A stretch of DNA of 64,000 bases, from assembly GCA_963817525.1 (NCBI GenBank), contig CAWFOU010000001.1, positions 832,001 to 896,000 on the forward strand, written 5' to 3'. The notes under the pieces are model-generated. The model was not told the DNA's origin, searched no databases, and worked only from the letters and a program-made list of their open reading frames with translations. The position numbers and the translations under genes are program-made. Of the stretch, positions 10,434 through 20,710 are shown one piece after another. Source of the DNA: an uncultured archaeon (GTDB lineage: Archaea; Thermoproteota; Nitrososphaeria; Nitrososphaerales; Gagatemarchaeaceae). The number at the start of each line of letters is the position of its first letter. Positions within the stretch are counted from its first letter, which is position 1.

Positions 10434-10439
10434 CATGGC

Positions 10440-11009
10440 TCAAGCCCTGGCGACGGGTGCGCACCGGGCGAGGAGCTTCGCGACGCGGACGGGCTCAGGG
10501 ACTCCACCCTGCAGGGTGAACGCATCCAGGACGCTCGTCGCGTCGGAGTCGTCTATGCCTGCGTTGCGCAAGTAGAGCCTGTGGCCGGTGCGCAGGAGCA
10601 CCGAGGTGCGGGGGCCGAGCCTCCTGTACTCCTCGAGGCGCTCCTCAGGGTGGCGGAAGTTCCGTGCTATGGCGTCCTCGATCCCCTTCGACTCGTTGTA
10701 GGTCAGGCACACCACCGGGAGGCTGGTCTTGCGGGCGACCTCGTCGATGTCGATGATGTTGTAGCGGCTGATGACGCAGCCGGCGAGCATCAGGAGGTTG
10801 ATGTCCTCCCGCCTGAGCCTTCGATACATCCTGAGGACCGTGGCCGTGGCGTCGTCTCCCCCGACAGTCGCAGCGCCCAGGACGAACCCGTCGACCACCA
10901 GGTCGGTGCGCATCACCACCCCTGCCAGCGTCGACTTCTTCGCGGACGGGCGGAAGCTCTCAGCGACCCCCATCGCCCTGATGGCCTTCTTGCCGGGGTG
11001 CAGGACCAT
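10440..11009 (-). CDS. DUF99 family protein (endonuclease V-like / endonuclease dU)
   Basis: GVAESF, VGGDDAT, YNIID and PEPVRVA motifs characteristic of DUF99. Confidence 0.8.
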   Translation of the reverse strand: MVLHPGKKAIRAMGVAESFRPSAKKSTLAGVVMRTDLVVDGFVLGAATVGGDDATATVLRMYRRLRREDINLLMLAGCVISRYNIIDIDEVARKTSLPVVCLTYNESKGIEDAIARNFRHPEERLEEYRRLGPRTSVLLRTGHRLYLRNAGIDDSDATSVLDAFTLQGGVPEPVRVAKLLARCAPVARA

Positions 11010-11155
11010 GTTGCTAGGGTCGCTCTGCCGAGGCTGAACTTAGCTTTAATACCGCTCGGCAATCCGAAGGAGACGGCGTCTATGAAGTAACAGAGTTACG
11101 GATACAACATATGACCTGAAGGCATTTGACTGAGACGCCAACGCAATCCCCTCAC

Positions 11156-11743
11156 CTACCCCTCCACAAAGCGGAGGCCCTGGTCGAACCTGCTGACAGA
11201 AGCGAGGAACTCCCTCAAGGCCCGGAGCGGGACGACGGGGACGCCCTCCACGACTTTGACCTGGTTGTCGACCATGGTGAGGAGCACGGGCAGGAACGTC
11301 CTTCCGAGTCCGGTGAGCGTCCCCCCGGCGCAGACATTGGTCCTCTCGATCTGCGCCACCGCTGCCGCCTCGAGGCCCGCGGCGCTCGCCGCCCTCCGCC
11401 AGTGCTTGCAGTCCACCGAGAGGACTAGCGAGGGGGACTCTGCGATTATGTCGATCTGCCGCGTCGGCTTGCGCAGCCTCACGTTCATCCTGACCGCGTA
11501 TCCCGCCGCGGAGATCGCGAGAGCGCAGTACTCCTCGAACTCTTTCCAAGTGAGCGACCTGACGACCTGATCGAGGTCCACCCCCAGTCGGGTGAGCGCC
11601 AAGGCCGCGGAAACCCGTCGCGGGGCGGTGGCGGGGACTCCGAGCTCCTCGGCGACGCTCGCGATCACACGGTCAGCCGCTCGGGCCGAGCCAAGCTTCG
11701 CGACGAGAAGGCCCACCGGTTCGGCGGGCCCAGGGATGGGCAA
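11156..11743 (-). CDS. Mrr/NERD-like PD-(D/E)xK endonuclease domain protein
   Basis: LTWKEFEE, QIDIIAE and VDCKHW motifs; start codon uncertain. Confidence 0.75.
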   Translation of the reverse strand: MPIPGPAEPVGLLVAKLGSARAADRVIASVAEELGVPATAPRRVSAALALTRLGVDLDQVVRSLTWKEFEEYCALAISAAGYAVRMNVRLRKPTRQIDIIAESPSLVLSVDCKHWRRAASAAGLEAAAVAQIERTNVCAGGTLTGLGRTFLPVLLTMVDNQVKVVEGVPVVPLRALREFLASVSRFDQGLRFVEG

Positions 11744-11781
11744 GTCGAGGGTGCGCGCCGAATAAGCCGGGAGCGGGGCGC

Positions 11782-11801
11782 GCCGCCGCTTTTGCGGCGG
11801 C
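11782..11801 (-). terminator. GC-rich stem-loop downstream of the substrate-binding protein gene (terminator or mRNA-stabilising hairpin)
   Basis: Perfect 8-bp inverted repeat GCCGCCGC-TTTT-GCGGCGGC about 25 nt past the stop codon at 11826. Confidence 0.4.
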
Positions 11802-11825
11802 CTTGCCAGATTTCCCGCGCGTCCC

Positions 11826-14483
11826 TTAGCGCTTGCGTCTCGTGAAGGCGAAGGCGATCACGATTATGACCACGACAACCACGCCCGCGAGTATGTAGTA
11901 GTCCGTGTTGCTCGACGAGGACGTAGTGGAGGTCGACGAGGCCATGCTCGTGCTAGAGCTGGCCGTGCTCGTCGCCGTGGCTGATGTAACCTGCACGGTC
12001 TGCGTAAGCGGGTTGTAGAGCGTCGAGGCCGGCGTGGACGTCCAGAGAGAGACGGAGTACGAGCCAGGCGTGAGCGTGGTCGGGACGTTGAACGTCACCT
12101 GGCCCGCGGAGTTGCTGGTGGCGTTCGTCTGATAGGCGATCGTCCCGTTGGCGATGAACTGGATCGTCACCGTGGCGTTGGCGGCCGCGGAGGTCGTCTT
12201 CGTGCCCTCGGCGGTCTGGAGCGCGGTCACGGTGATCGCCTGTCCCCGGTCGAGGATGCCAGGTATCGTGGCCTGCTGCGAGACCAAGACCGGTGCCAGG
12301 CCCAGCTGTGGCGCCATGTAGTCGCCCCACTGGTACGCCGGGTTCTTGGTAAGGATGGCGTATGCCGGAGAGGTGGACGCGGAGTACGACGACAGGATGA
12401 ACGGGCCGTTCCCGATTATCCCGGTCCCGTACTGTCCCATGAAGGTCAGCGCGGCGCTGTAGCCCGCGGCCGCGGAGGTGGTGTTGACCAGGCTGACTCC
12501 CGTCAGCGACTGGAGCGAGGCGAACTCGGGCGGGATGTATGCGCCGGTCAAGTCGGAGGTCATCGCCGTCTTCAGGTTGGCCACGTCGGTCGGGCTGACG
12601 AGGGAGAGCCACGGCAGGTTCTTGGTGCCGGCCGCCGAGGTCGACCAGGCGTCCTTGCCTGAGGAGACGAGGTTGGCCATGCCCACGTACATCTGCCAGG
12701 GGAGCATCCCCTGCGCGCCCGTGGTGGGCGTGAAGGCGAAGAGGGCCCCTGCGGCGTTCTCGCCGGCGAAGTACTGGTCAGGGTAGTAGAAGGTCGAGTA
12801 CACCTCCACGGAGGTCGAGTTCAGGATCTGCAGGCCTACAAGGGTCTGCCAGCTAGGCCCGAAGACCGCGGCGGAGTAGCCGTCGTAGACGCTGCTGTTC
12901 GTGTTCTGGGTCACCTCGCCGGCGAGGATGTACTGGTAGAGGATGTCTGCCAGGGTCAGATGCTGTCCGTCCTGCCAGGACTCTGACAGCAGGGGGCCAA
13001 AGTTGGCGACCACAGCGGACTTTGCCATCGTGCCAGAGGGCACGTTGACGAAAGAGTCAGAGGTCGCGTTCATCACGACCGCGTTCGCGGGTACCGCATA
13101 GCTGGGCGTCGGGTCATCCGCCAAGACGTTGAAGCTCCAGCCGACCGGGTAGAGATAACCAGTTGAAGGTTGGTAGAAGACCGGGGGGTTCTGGACCGCC
13201 TCGGACCAGGCGACGCTGTAGGAGTCGGCGTATCCTCCGACCGGGTTGAGGGAGGACTGGGCTACGTGTCTGACGCCGATGTCGGCGGTGCCCGAGGCCG
13301 TGTTCATCGTCAGGAACGAGAGCGCGTTGAGGATCGGGTCGTCCACGAAGTTGGTGGTGACTCCGCTCAAGGAGGTGGAGGCATCGTACGGCTCTAGTGA
13401 GGTCGCAATGCCGATGACCACCGCCGCCTTTACGCCGGCTGACACAAGGGCGTTCAGGTCTGCGTCCCTCTGCGCGAAGCTCGAGAAGTTGGTGTTGAAG
13501 AAGTCGATCGTGTACTGGTCGGCGGTGTTCAGGAGGGCGACAGTCGAGGGCTGCTCGTAGGAGGTGTCGTTGAACGTCCCGAAGGCGAGACCTGTGTTGT
13601 CGCTCGCCGGGAGGGCTCCCGCGACAGGGCCGTAGAGCTCCGCAAAGCCCTCGTCGTAGTAGCTGTAGACGTCACCGTAGCTCGCAGGATAGATGTCCCA
13701 CGTCGCGTTGACCGGGTCGGTCCCGTACACCGCGGTCTCAACAGTAGCGAGGGTGCCAGATATCTGGTTCACCGCGAAGCCCACCTTCTGGAGCTGGCTC
13801 GCGAGGTAGCCTGCGTAGGCGTTCCTTATGGGGTCGTCCGTCCTGTCAAAGAGCCCGATCGTTATCGGGTTGCCGTGGTAATACCACTGGGGTGTGGAAG
13901 CGTACTTGAAGGTCGCGCCGTTGGCGATGAGCGTGCTGTAGATGCTCGCGTTGGCTAGCGAGATGGAGTCCGTGATGTTCGAGAACGGCGCGGTCGCCGT
14001 GGAAGTCGCCAGCTGGTCTGGCTCCCCTCCGAACACCGAGACGGTGGGGATGGCGTTGCCTCCGAGCAAGCTCCCTACGAAGTAGTCCCTGCCGACCAGG
14101 TAGTTGAGCGCGAACCTGACCGGCTGGAACTGGAACGGGTTGAAGCCGGTGGTGGTGTTCGTCGGGTTGACCTCAAGGCCGTACCACGAGGCAGGGGCCT
14201 CGTATTGGTCGAAGCCGGTCGAGGGGACCGTGGTAGCCTCGGTCGGGGTCACCGCAAAGTCGTAGGCCTGAATCTTGCCCGCGACGAGGTCGGAGACGCC
14301 CGACGAGTCGGAGCCCGCGTAGTCCGTTAGCGTGATCTGCTTCAGCGAAGGGGAGGCAGGGATGCTGCTGCCGGTCTGCACGCTCTGGGCCCTTGCCAAG
14401 GGCAGGGCCACTAGGGAGGACAGAGCGAGGACACACATTATGGCTACGGAGGCCGCAAGTTTGTGCTTCGACCCGAACATCAT
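11826..14483 (-). CDS. ABC transporter substrate-binding protein (family 5, peptide/oligosaccharide) with Ig-like domain, S/T linker and C-terminal anchor
   Basis: Signal peptide, NPFQFQPVRFALNYLV, WQDGQHLTLADI, GNGPFIL motifs, many N-x-S/T sequons, C-terminal TM helix and TRRKR tail. Confidence 0.88.
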   Translation of the reverse strand: MMFGSKHKLAASVAIMCVLALSSLVALPLARAQSVQTGSSIPASPSLKQITLTDYAGSDSSGVSDLVAGKIQAYDFAVTPTEATTVPSTGFDQYEAPASWYGLEVNPTNTTTGFNPFQFQPVRFALNYLVGRDYFVGSLLGGNAIPTVSVFGGEPDQLATSTATAPFSNITDSISLANASIYSTLIANGATFKYASTPQWYYHGNPITIGLFDRTDDPIRNAYAGYLASQLQKVGFAVNQISGTLATVETAVYGTDPVNATWDIYPASYGDVYSYYDEGFAELYGPVAGALPASDNTGLAFGTFNDTSYEQPSTVALLNTADQYTIDFFNTNFSSFAQRDADLNALVSAGVKAAVVIGIATSLEPYDASTSLSGVTTNFVDDPILNALSFLTMNTASGTADIGVRHVAQSSLNPVGGYADSYSVAWSEAVQNPPVFYQPSTGYLYPVGWSFNVLADDPTPSYAVPANAVVMNATSDSFVNVPSGTMAKSAVVANFGPLLSESWQDGQHLTLADILYQYILAGEVTQNTNSSVYDGYSAAVFGPSWQTLVGLQILNSTSVEVYSTFYYPDQYFAGENAAGALFAFTPTTGAQGMLPWQMYVGMANLVSSGKDAWSTSAAGTKNLPWLSLVSPTDVANLKTAMTSDLTGAYIPPEFASLQSLTGVSLVNTTSAAAGYSAALTFMGQYGTGIIGNGPFILSSYSASTSPAYAILTKNPAYQWGDYMAPQLGLAPVLVSQQATIPGILDRGQAITVTALQTAEGTKTTSAAANATVTIQFIANGTIAYQTNATSNSAGQVTFNVPTTLTPGSYSVSLWTSTPASTLYNPLTQTVQVTSATATSTASSSTSMASSTSTTSSSSNTDYYILAGVVVVVIIVIAFAFTRRKR

Positions 14484-14513
14484 GATATGAAAGACAATAA
14501 TCGGCTCTTGCGG

Positions 14514-14520
14514 TATATAA
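14514..14520 (-). promoter_or_regulatory. Putative TATA box of the substrate-binding protein gene
   Basis: TTATATA on the minus strand about 30 nt upstream of ATG 14483 in otherwise GC-rich DNA. Confidence 0.55.
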
Positions 14521-14538
14521 CAGTTGTCCGATGCGCTA

Positions 14539-15161
14539 GCCTGTAGCTTAATCCTGCCTTGCGAGAGTCTCCACTTCTCGCGTCTTCTCTGCTCGTCCTA
14601 CGGCCTGATGGAGAGGAACCTGTTGTACAACATGACCTTGAGAGACGCCTCCGCCTTCTGGCTGACGAACCTCCTCGCCCTCAACGTCTCGCCCAGCACG
14701 CGCTTGAACGCGGAGAACGCTATCGTCCCCATCCGCGTCCTTCCCTATGATCTCGGAGGGCTTCTTCCCCTTCATGGATGCCAGGATCCTCCTGCGCATG
14801 TGGGTGTAGTGCATCTCCTCGACGAACCTGACCCACTCCTCGAGCTCCCTCGTGATCCCCTCGAGCGTCCTGTAAGGTACGTCAAACCCGACCTTGACGA
14901 ACGCCAGGAAGGAGATATACGAGTTTGGGAACTCGAACGGCCTGCCCAGCTTGCTCTGGTTCATCGCTTCGAGCTCCTCCCTCCATGAGACCAGAGAGCC
15001 CAGGTCGAGTATCGCGCATCCCCTCTCAATGAGCGCCTCGTCGTAGTCGTGCCATGATCGCATACCCAGTGGCGGCATGACCACGTGGGCGAGAAGATTC
15101 CTTAGACGAGACCCAAGCAAAGAGCCTTGACAAACGTGTGATATTGGATTAAGCTACAACC
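14539..15161 (-). mobile_element. Internally deleted, non-autonomous IS5-family element (623 bp)
   Basis: 16-bp terminal inverted repeats GCCTGTAGCTTAATCC (14539-14554) and GGATTAAGCTACAACC (15146-15161), 14/16 match, each flanked by TA; contains a transposase remnant. Confidence 0.85.
14598..15063 (-). pseudogene. IS5-family transposase remnant lacking the DDE core
   Basis: N-terminus MRSWHDYDEALIERG...GRPFEFP...PYRTLEG is joined near 14725, out of frame, to the C-terminal IAFSAFKRVLGETLRARRF...KVMLYNRFLSIRP*. Confidence 0.85.
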
Positions 15162-15210
15162 TACCGTTGCGATGAACTCTTAAAAGATAGGGACGGCATG
15201 TTGGGCAGAG

Positions 15211-16263
15211 ATGGGCTACGCCCGTTTCATAGTCGGCAAGTCGATTTCCTACGCGCTTGCCCTGTTCGCGGCTGTGTCGCTCCTTTATGTCGGCATCTAC
15301 CCTAACCTCCAGAAGGTCATAGAGGCCTCGGCGAACGAGGCTGCGAGCAACTTCCAGAGGACGCTGCTCAAGAGCCACTCGGGGATCACCCTTGCCCAGG
15401 TCACCGCGGCGGTCGCCACCTACAAGGCCTCCTACCTGAACGCCTTCGGGTTCAGCCAGCCGTTCCCGGTGAAGTTCGCGCTTCAGATGACCAACCTCTT
15501 TGAGTTCCACCTCGGCTCGTCGTTCTTCCTGCAGGCGCCCAACGGCTCGAAGCTGGTGGTCGACATCATCTTGGCCTACCTCCCGAACACCATATTGCTC
15601 TTCACAACGGGGACCCTCCTGGTGGTCGCGGTCGGGGCCGTCCTCGGACTCCTCGGCGCCAAGTCGGCGGGCGGGAAGCTTGACAGGTCCATCCCCATTG
15701 TCGCGGTGATTCACTCGAGCCTCCCTTCCTGGTGGGTCGGATTCCTCTTCATCGCCTACTTCGCCTATTCGCTCAACGTCCTGCCGTCTGGCGGGATCTC
15801 CTCGGTCCCGCCCCCCGCGGGCGTTCTGTCCGGGTTCGCAGACTTCCTCTCCCACCTCACGCTGCCGCTCCTCTCTTTCTTCATAGTTAACGTGGGCGGG
15901 TTCGCCTACGTGATCAGGAGCCTGGTCATCTCGACCATGGGCGAGGACTTTGTGACGACCGCGCGGGCGAGGGGGATGACAGAGAGGAGGGTCATCTTCA
16001 AGCACGTCCTGAGGACGGCCTCGCCCAGCATCGCCACCCAGTCGATACTCGCGGTGGCAGGCTCGTTCGGAGGGGCGATCGTCACCGAGGTCGTCTTCAG
16101 GTGGCCCGGCCTCGGGTACCTCACCTACAACGCAATCGAACAGAACGACCTCCCCGTGATCATCGGCTCGACGTTCGTCCTCACGATAATCCTCTTCCTT
16201 GGCCTCTACATCGGCGAGATCACGTACGGATTCCTCGACCCAAGGATAAAGACGGGGGAATAG
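15211..16263 (+). CDS. dppB: Peptide/nickel ABC transporter permease (DppB/OppB)
   Basis: LPNTILL, EDFVTTARARG EAA loop, TEVVFRWPGLG, LDPRI. Confidence 0.9.
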   Translation: MGYARFIVGKSISYALALFAAVSLLYVGIYPNLQKVIEASANEAASNFQRTLLKSHSGITLAQVTAAVATYKASYLNAFGFSQPFPVKFALQMTNLFEFHLGSSFFLQAPNGSKLVVDIILAYLPNTILLFTTGTLLVVAVGAVLGLLGAKSAGGKLDRSIPIVAVIHSSLPSWWVGFLFIAYFAYSLNVLPSGGISSVPPPAGVLSGFADFLSHLTLPLLSFFIVNVGGFAYVIRSLVISTMGEDFVTTARARGMTERRVIFKHVLRTASPSIATQSILAVAGSFGGAIVTEVVFRWPGLGYLTYNAIEQNDLPVIIGSTFVLTIILFLGLYIGEITYGFLDPRIKTGE

Positions 16264-16266
16264 GCC

Positions 16267-17634
16267 ATGGGCGCCGGAGACTCGGACAGGAGTTACCTCC
16301 GCGAGTTCCTCAAATCGCGCTCGGGGGTGTTCGGGCTCGTCATGCTGGTTCTTCTGTTGGCGACCTCGGTCTACGTGGTAGTGTCCATCCCACAGTCGGA
16401 GGTCTACAAGTGGGACAACCCCGCGGCCTGGCAGGGGAACCCGGCGGCAGCCCCGCCCGTCTGGGTCAACTACTTCGGGGTCGACGCGCCGCAGACGGTG
16501 GGCCTCAGCCTGGGCTCGTGGTCGAGCTCGACGTCGGGAGGCACCTCAGCTTACAGCGCCTCGGGATCGGTAAAGTGGGACCACGGCGTCCCGCCGAGCG
16601 ACGTCGCCGTCATCCCGAGCTTCAGCGGCACGGCCTACGAGGTGGTGGTTGTCTGGACCAAGCCGGACGGGAACAGCCTCCAAGTGACGGTCTCCGGGCC
16701 CGTCTCGGGCACGAGCTACGACCTGACCTCGACCTACTTCCAGGAGGGGGTGATCCAGTACATCCAGACCCAGACCCACGGCTACCTTGGGTCGGTGACT
16801 CCCACGCAGGAGACCGCGGCGCTCTTCGACGACGACGGGCCGAGCCTGCTCAACAACACGGTGCAGCAGGGGACATACGGCGTGACCGTGCAGGTCCTCG
16901 GGAGCCAGTCGCTCTCGCCGCAGACCTCCAGCGTGTCGGTGATAGGCGACTCGTACGGGACGATGGGCACGGATAGCGCGGGAAGACCGATAGACCTCGG
17001 GGTCCTCGCGGGGCTCCCTTGGGCCTTGGAGATAGGGGCGCTGAGCTCCGTGGTCGCGGTGGTGGGGGGCATCCTGTGGGGAGGGCTCGCGGGGTTCTTG
17101 GGCGGATGGAGGGACAAGGTGATGTCCTGGGGCACGCTGGTCGTCCTGGCGATCCCCGCGCTGGCGTTCGTCGTCGCCCTCTCGTACACGGTCACGCTCA
17201 CCCTCCTCTCCGAGGCGATGATAATCGCGGCGCTCTCTTGGCCGTTCTTCGCGATCATCTCGAGGACTGTCACGCTCTCGGTGAGGTCTCAGACGTACGT
17301 CGAGGCCGACAAGGCGATGGGAGTATCGTCGGCCAGGACTTTCGTCACGCACTTCCTCCCCAGGCTGACCCCCGTGACCATCGCGTTTACCGCCCTCAGC
17401 GTCTCTGGGTTCATCATCTTCGGCGAGACCCTGGCATTCCTCGGGATCGAGCCGCAGAACGTGATAACGTGGGGCGGGATCCTGAACAACGCGATAACCT
17501 ACGACGCGTCGGTTCACGGCTGGTGGTGGTGGACCCTGTTCCCCGGCATCATGATATTCGTTGCTTCGCTGCCGTTCGTCTTGGTGGGCTTCGCGCTGGA
17601 CAGGGTGGTCGCCCCCAGGGTAAGCGCAAAATGA
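16267..17634 (+). CDS. dppC: Peptide/nickel ABC transporter permease (DppC/OppC) with extracellular insertion
   Basis: MGTDSAGR, YVEADKAMG EAA loop, LAFLG, TWGGIL, WWWTLFPG. Confidence 0.9.
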   Translation: MGAGDSDRSYLREFLKSRSGVFGLVMLVLLLATSVYVVVSIPQSEVYKWDNPAAWQGNPAAAPPVWVNYFGVDAPQTVGLSLGSWSSSTSGGTSAYSASGSVKWDHGVPPSDVAVIPSFSGTAYEVVVVWTKPDGNSLQVTVSGPVSGTSYDLTSTYFQEGVIQYIQTQTHGYLGSVTPTQETAALFDDDGPSLLNNTVQQGTYGVTVQVLGSQSLSPQTSSVSVIGDSYGTMGTDSAGRPIDLGVLAGLPWALEIGALSSVVAVVGGILWGGLAGFLGGWRDKVMSWGTLVVLAIPALAFVVALSYTVTLTLLSEAMIIAALSWPFFAIISRTVTLSVRSQTYVEADKAMGVSSARTFVTHFLPRLTPVTIAFTALSVSGFIIFGETLAFLGIEPQNVITWGGILNNAITYDASVHGWWWWTLFPGIMIFVASLPFVLVGFALDRVVAPRVSAK

Positions 17635-18569
17635 CGGCCGTCCTCGGGGCGAAGGGGCTCAAGGTCTACTTCTCCTCTCCCCGGGGCGAGGTGAAGGCCG
17701 TGGAGGATGTCGACCTTGAGATCGGCCAGGGCGAGGTCGTGGGCCTGGCCGGCGAGAGCGGCTCGGGCAAGACCACGCTCGCCCTCGGGCTGATGAGGCT
17801 CATCACCCGGCCGGGGCGCATCGCCGGGGGCGAGATAGACTTCGAGGGCGAGGACATCCTCGCCCTCCCTGAGGAGGAGTTCAGGAGGGACTACCGTTGG
17901 AGCAAGATGTCGATGGTCTTCCAGGGCTCGATGAACGGCTTCACCCCAGTCTTCTCGGTGGGGGCGCAGATAGACGAGGTGCTGAAGATACACGGCAGGG
18001 AGGGCGGCCAGCCCGCCGTGCAGAAGCTCCTCCAGATGGTCGACCTCGACGAGACCATCGCGAGGCGCTACCCTCACGAGCTCTCTGGAGGGCAGAAGCA
18101 GAGGGCGTTCATCGCGATGGCGCTGGCGCTCGAGCCCAAGCTCCTCATCGCGGACGAGCCGACCACCGCGCTCGACGTCATAACGCAGGTGAACATTGTC
18201 AACCTCCTGAAGCGACTGAGGAAGGAGTTGGGCATCTCCATCCTGCTGATCACGCACGACCTTGCTCTCCTTTCGGAGGCGGCCGAGAGGCTCTACATCA
18301 TGTACGCCGGGAGGGTCGTCGAGGTCGGCCCGGCCGAGACGGTCCTGAGCAAGCCGGGCCACCCATACACCCAGGGTCTCCTCGCCGCGACGCCGACGCT
18401 CCGAAGCAAGGACATCACGGGGATACCGGGGTTCATGCCCGACCTAGCGCACCTGGCGGAGATGTGCAGCTTCAGCCCGAGGTGCCCCTTCGTGATGGAG
18501 AGGTGCAAGACCGAGAGGCCGGAGATGAGGGGCGTGAAGGGGGAGCAAGTTGCCTGCTGGCTATACTAG
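17631..18569 (+). CDS. dppD: Peptide ABC transporter ATP-binding protein (DppD/OppD)
   Basis: GESGSGKT, YPHELSGGQKQR, ADEPTTALD, HPYT, C-terminal Cys cluster; ATG 17631 overlaps the dppC stop (ATGA). Confidence 0.93.
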   Translation: MTAVLGAKGLKVYFSSPRGEVKAVEDVDLEIGQGEVVGLAGESGSGKTTLALGLMRLITRPGRIAGGEIDFEGEDILALPEEEFRRDYRWSKMSMVFQGSMNGFTPVFSVGAQIDEVLKIHGREGGQPAVQKLLQMVDLDETIARRYPHELSGGQKQRAFIAMALALEPKLLIADEPTTALDVITQVNIVNLLKRLRKELGISILLITHDLALLSEAAERLYIMYAGRVVEVGPAETVLSKPGHPYTQGLLAATPTLRSKDITGIPGFMPDLAHLAEMCSFSPRCPFVMERCKTERPEMRGVKGEQVACWLY

Positions 18570-19548
18570 CGGACGGGAGACGGTCCTCCGGATAGACCAT
18601 CTCGCCGTCTTCTTCATCAAGAAGAGGCTGCTCGAGCGGGGCACCATCGTGAAGGCAGTGGACGGCGTCTCCCTGGACGTGGGACGTGGGGAGATCCTCG
18701 CCCTCGTCGGGGAGAGCGGGTCGGGAAAGACCACTCTGGGGAGGGCGGTCATCGGGCTCGTGAGGCCGACGGGCGGGACGATCACCCTGACGGACGGCGG
18801 GGAGCCCGAGGACGTCGGGAACGCGAAGGGCGCCCGCTGGAAGAAGCTCAGGAGGAAGCTCCAGATGATATTCCAGGACCCCTTCGCCTCGATTGACCCC
18901 AACATGCGAGTGTACGACGCGCTGAGGACCCCGCTCCGGGCCCAGGGCGTCCGGAAGAAGGAGGAGGTGGCCTCTAGGATAGCCGACGTGGTCAAGAGGG
19001 TCGGGCTCCCCGACCACGTGGTCAACAGCTACGTCTTCCAGCTCTCGGGAGGGCAGAGACAGAGGATCGGGATCGCCCGCGTCCTGCTCTTCGACCCCAG
19101 GCTCGTGGTCGCGGACGAGCCAGTCTCGATGCTCGACGCGTCCCTCAAGGGGGACATCCTCCACATCATCGAGAACGAGTCCAAGAGGAACGAGGTCGCC
19201 TTCCTCTTCATCACCCACGACATGGCTGTGGCGAAGGTGGTCGCCGACAGGATAGCCGTGATGTACCTTGGGAAGCTAGTCGAGATAGGGCCCGCGGGGG
19301 ACGTCGTCGACGACCCGCTCCACCCCTACACCAAAGCGATGATCCAGGCGGCGCCCACGATCGACCCGGCGATGAGGGACGAGGTCAAGAAGGTGAACAT
19401 CATCGGCGAGCTTGCGCTCTCCACATCACACCCAACGGGCTGCAAGTTCCACCCGCGCTGCCCCTACGCCATGGATGTCTGCAAGCAGAAGGAGCCGGAG
19501 CTGAAGGAGGTCAAGCCCGGACATTACGTGGCGTGCTGGCTGTTCTGA
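18550..19548 (+). CDS. dppF: Peptide ABC transporter ATP-binding protein (DppF/OppF)
   Basis: KAVDGVS, GESGSGKT, QLSGGQRQR, ADEPVSMLD, GCKFHPRCP, VACW. Confidence 0.93.
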   Translation: MPAGYTSGRETVLRIDHLAVFFIKKRLLERGTIVKAVDGVSLDVGRGEILALVGESGSGKTTLGRAVIGLVRPTGGTITLTDGGEPEDVGNAKGARWKKLRRKLQMIFQDPFASIDPNMRVYDALRTPLRAQGVRKKEEVASRIADVVKRVGLPDHVVNSYVFQLSGGQRQRIGIARVLLFDPRLVVADEPVSMLDASLKGDILHIIENESKRNEVAFLFITHDMAVAKVVADRIAVMYLGKLVEIGPAGDVVDDPLHPYTKAMIQAAPTIDPAMRDEVKKVNIIGELALSTSHPTGCKFHPRCPYAMDVCKQKEPELKEVKPGHYVACWLF

Positions 19549-19731
19549 TCAGGCCCTCTCTGAGACGAACTCGACTATCCCGCTGATGGCGACCACCGCG
19601 CCCGCCACAGCGGAGGCGAACGACAGGATGAGAAGGGGGAGCGACTGGAAGAACGTCCCCGCATAGTCGATGGCTATAGCCCCCAGGAGCAGCCCGACGC
19701 CGACAAGGATCGGCCTGTACGCGCGCCTCAT
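19549..19731 (-). CDS. Small hypothetical membrane protein (2 TM)
   Basis: 60 aa with two hydrophobic helices; purine-rich GGAGGAGAGG upstream. Confidence 0.55.
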   Translation of the reverse strand: MRRAYRPILVGVGLLLGAIAIDYAGTFFQSLPLLILSFASAVAGAVVAISGIVEFVSERA

Positions 19732-19752
19732 CCCCCTCTCCTCCTCCGGAGG

Positions 19753-20064
19753 TCAGGGCACCTGGGGCGCGGAGCCAGGGTCCCGCCTCCTCTGCTTGAG
19801 AGCAGACCAGACGAACCAGCCGTCCATCAGGACGAGGACTACGATCACGACCTGCTGCCAGTCGACGCTCAGTATGCCTGGGATCTGGGTGGAGCCGCTG
19901 GTCGCGGATGTGATGAAGAACAAAGGGTAGCGGACCATCGTGGAGGTGAAGTGCTCGGAGCGCCAGTACGCGGCGCGCCGGCCGTAGTTCTCGGTGATCA
20001 GCGCGAGAAGGGGGATGAGGACCGCGTTGACGACGAGGACCTGGACGAGCTCCGCCAGCTTCAT
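19753..20064 (-). CDS. Hypothetical membrane protein (2 TM)
   Basis: ATG 20064 (MKLAELVQ), two hydrophobic helices; co-directional with the next small gene. Confidence 0.55.
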   Translation of the reverse strand: MKLAELVQVLVVNAVLIPLLALITENYGRRAAYWRSEHFTSTMVRYPLFFITSATSGSTQIPGILSVDWQQVVIVVLVLMDGWFVWSALKQRRRDPGSAPQVP

Positions 20065-20154
20065 GGTGCGCCGAGCGCGCCCCACCCTTCAAAAGACTTG
20101 CGGGCGGGCGCCGAGAATCCTTAAACAATCTCGAGGAGACGGCCAAGAAATACC

Positions 20155-20710
20155 GTGGCCACCGCTAAGAACGTGAGCAGGGCGATAACCTACGTCCTCA
20201 TCGTCGTCGCCATCGTTGGGGGCGCCCAGCTCATAGTGGGCACCGCGCTGGGGTCCTCGCCCGTCTATGTAGTGGTGAGCAAGAGCATGGTCCCCACGCT
20301 CCAGATAGGCGACCTGGTGATCGCGGAGAAGGTGCCTTTCAGCAGCATCCACGTCGGGCAGGTGATAATCTACCAGAGGCCCACGGCAGCCGGGACTTGC
20401 CCCAACCCCGGGGGCATCATCATCGTGCACCGGGTCGTCAACATCACCAGCGCGGGGAAGCTTATCACGCAGGGAGACGACCGGAAGACCAATCCCCTCC
20501 CCGACGAGCCGTACGAGTGGCCGCCGCTCCCCTCGACCTGCGTCAAGGGGGTGGTCGTCCTCGCGGTGCCCTACCTCGGGCTCGTATCCATGCTGGTCCC
20601 GTACCCCTGGAACTACGCCCTCGTGGCCCTGATCCTGATATTCGTGTTCATCACCGAGGTCCGTCCCTCGGACGAGCAGCAGCGCGGAAGAAGGAGAAAC
20701 TACGCCCTAG
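20155..20710 (+). CDS. sec11: Signal peptidase I (S26B, Sec11-type); probable frameshift near 20683
   Basis: VVSKSMVPTLQIGDL (catalytic Ser), IVHRV (His), TQGD. The listed ORF runs on to 21027 across the convergent gene, whereas a +1 shift gives AEEGETTP* ending at the shared CTAG 20707-20710. Confidence 0.85.
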
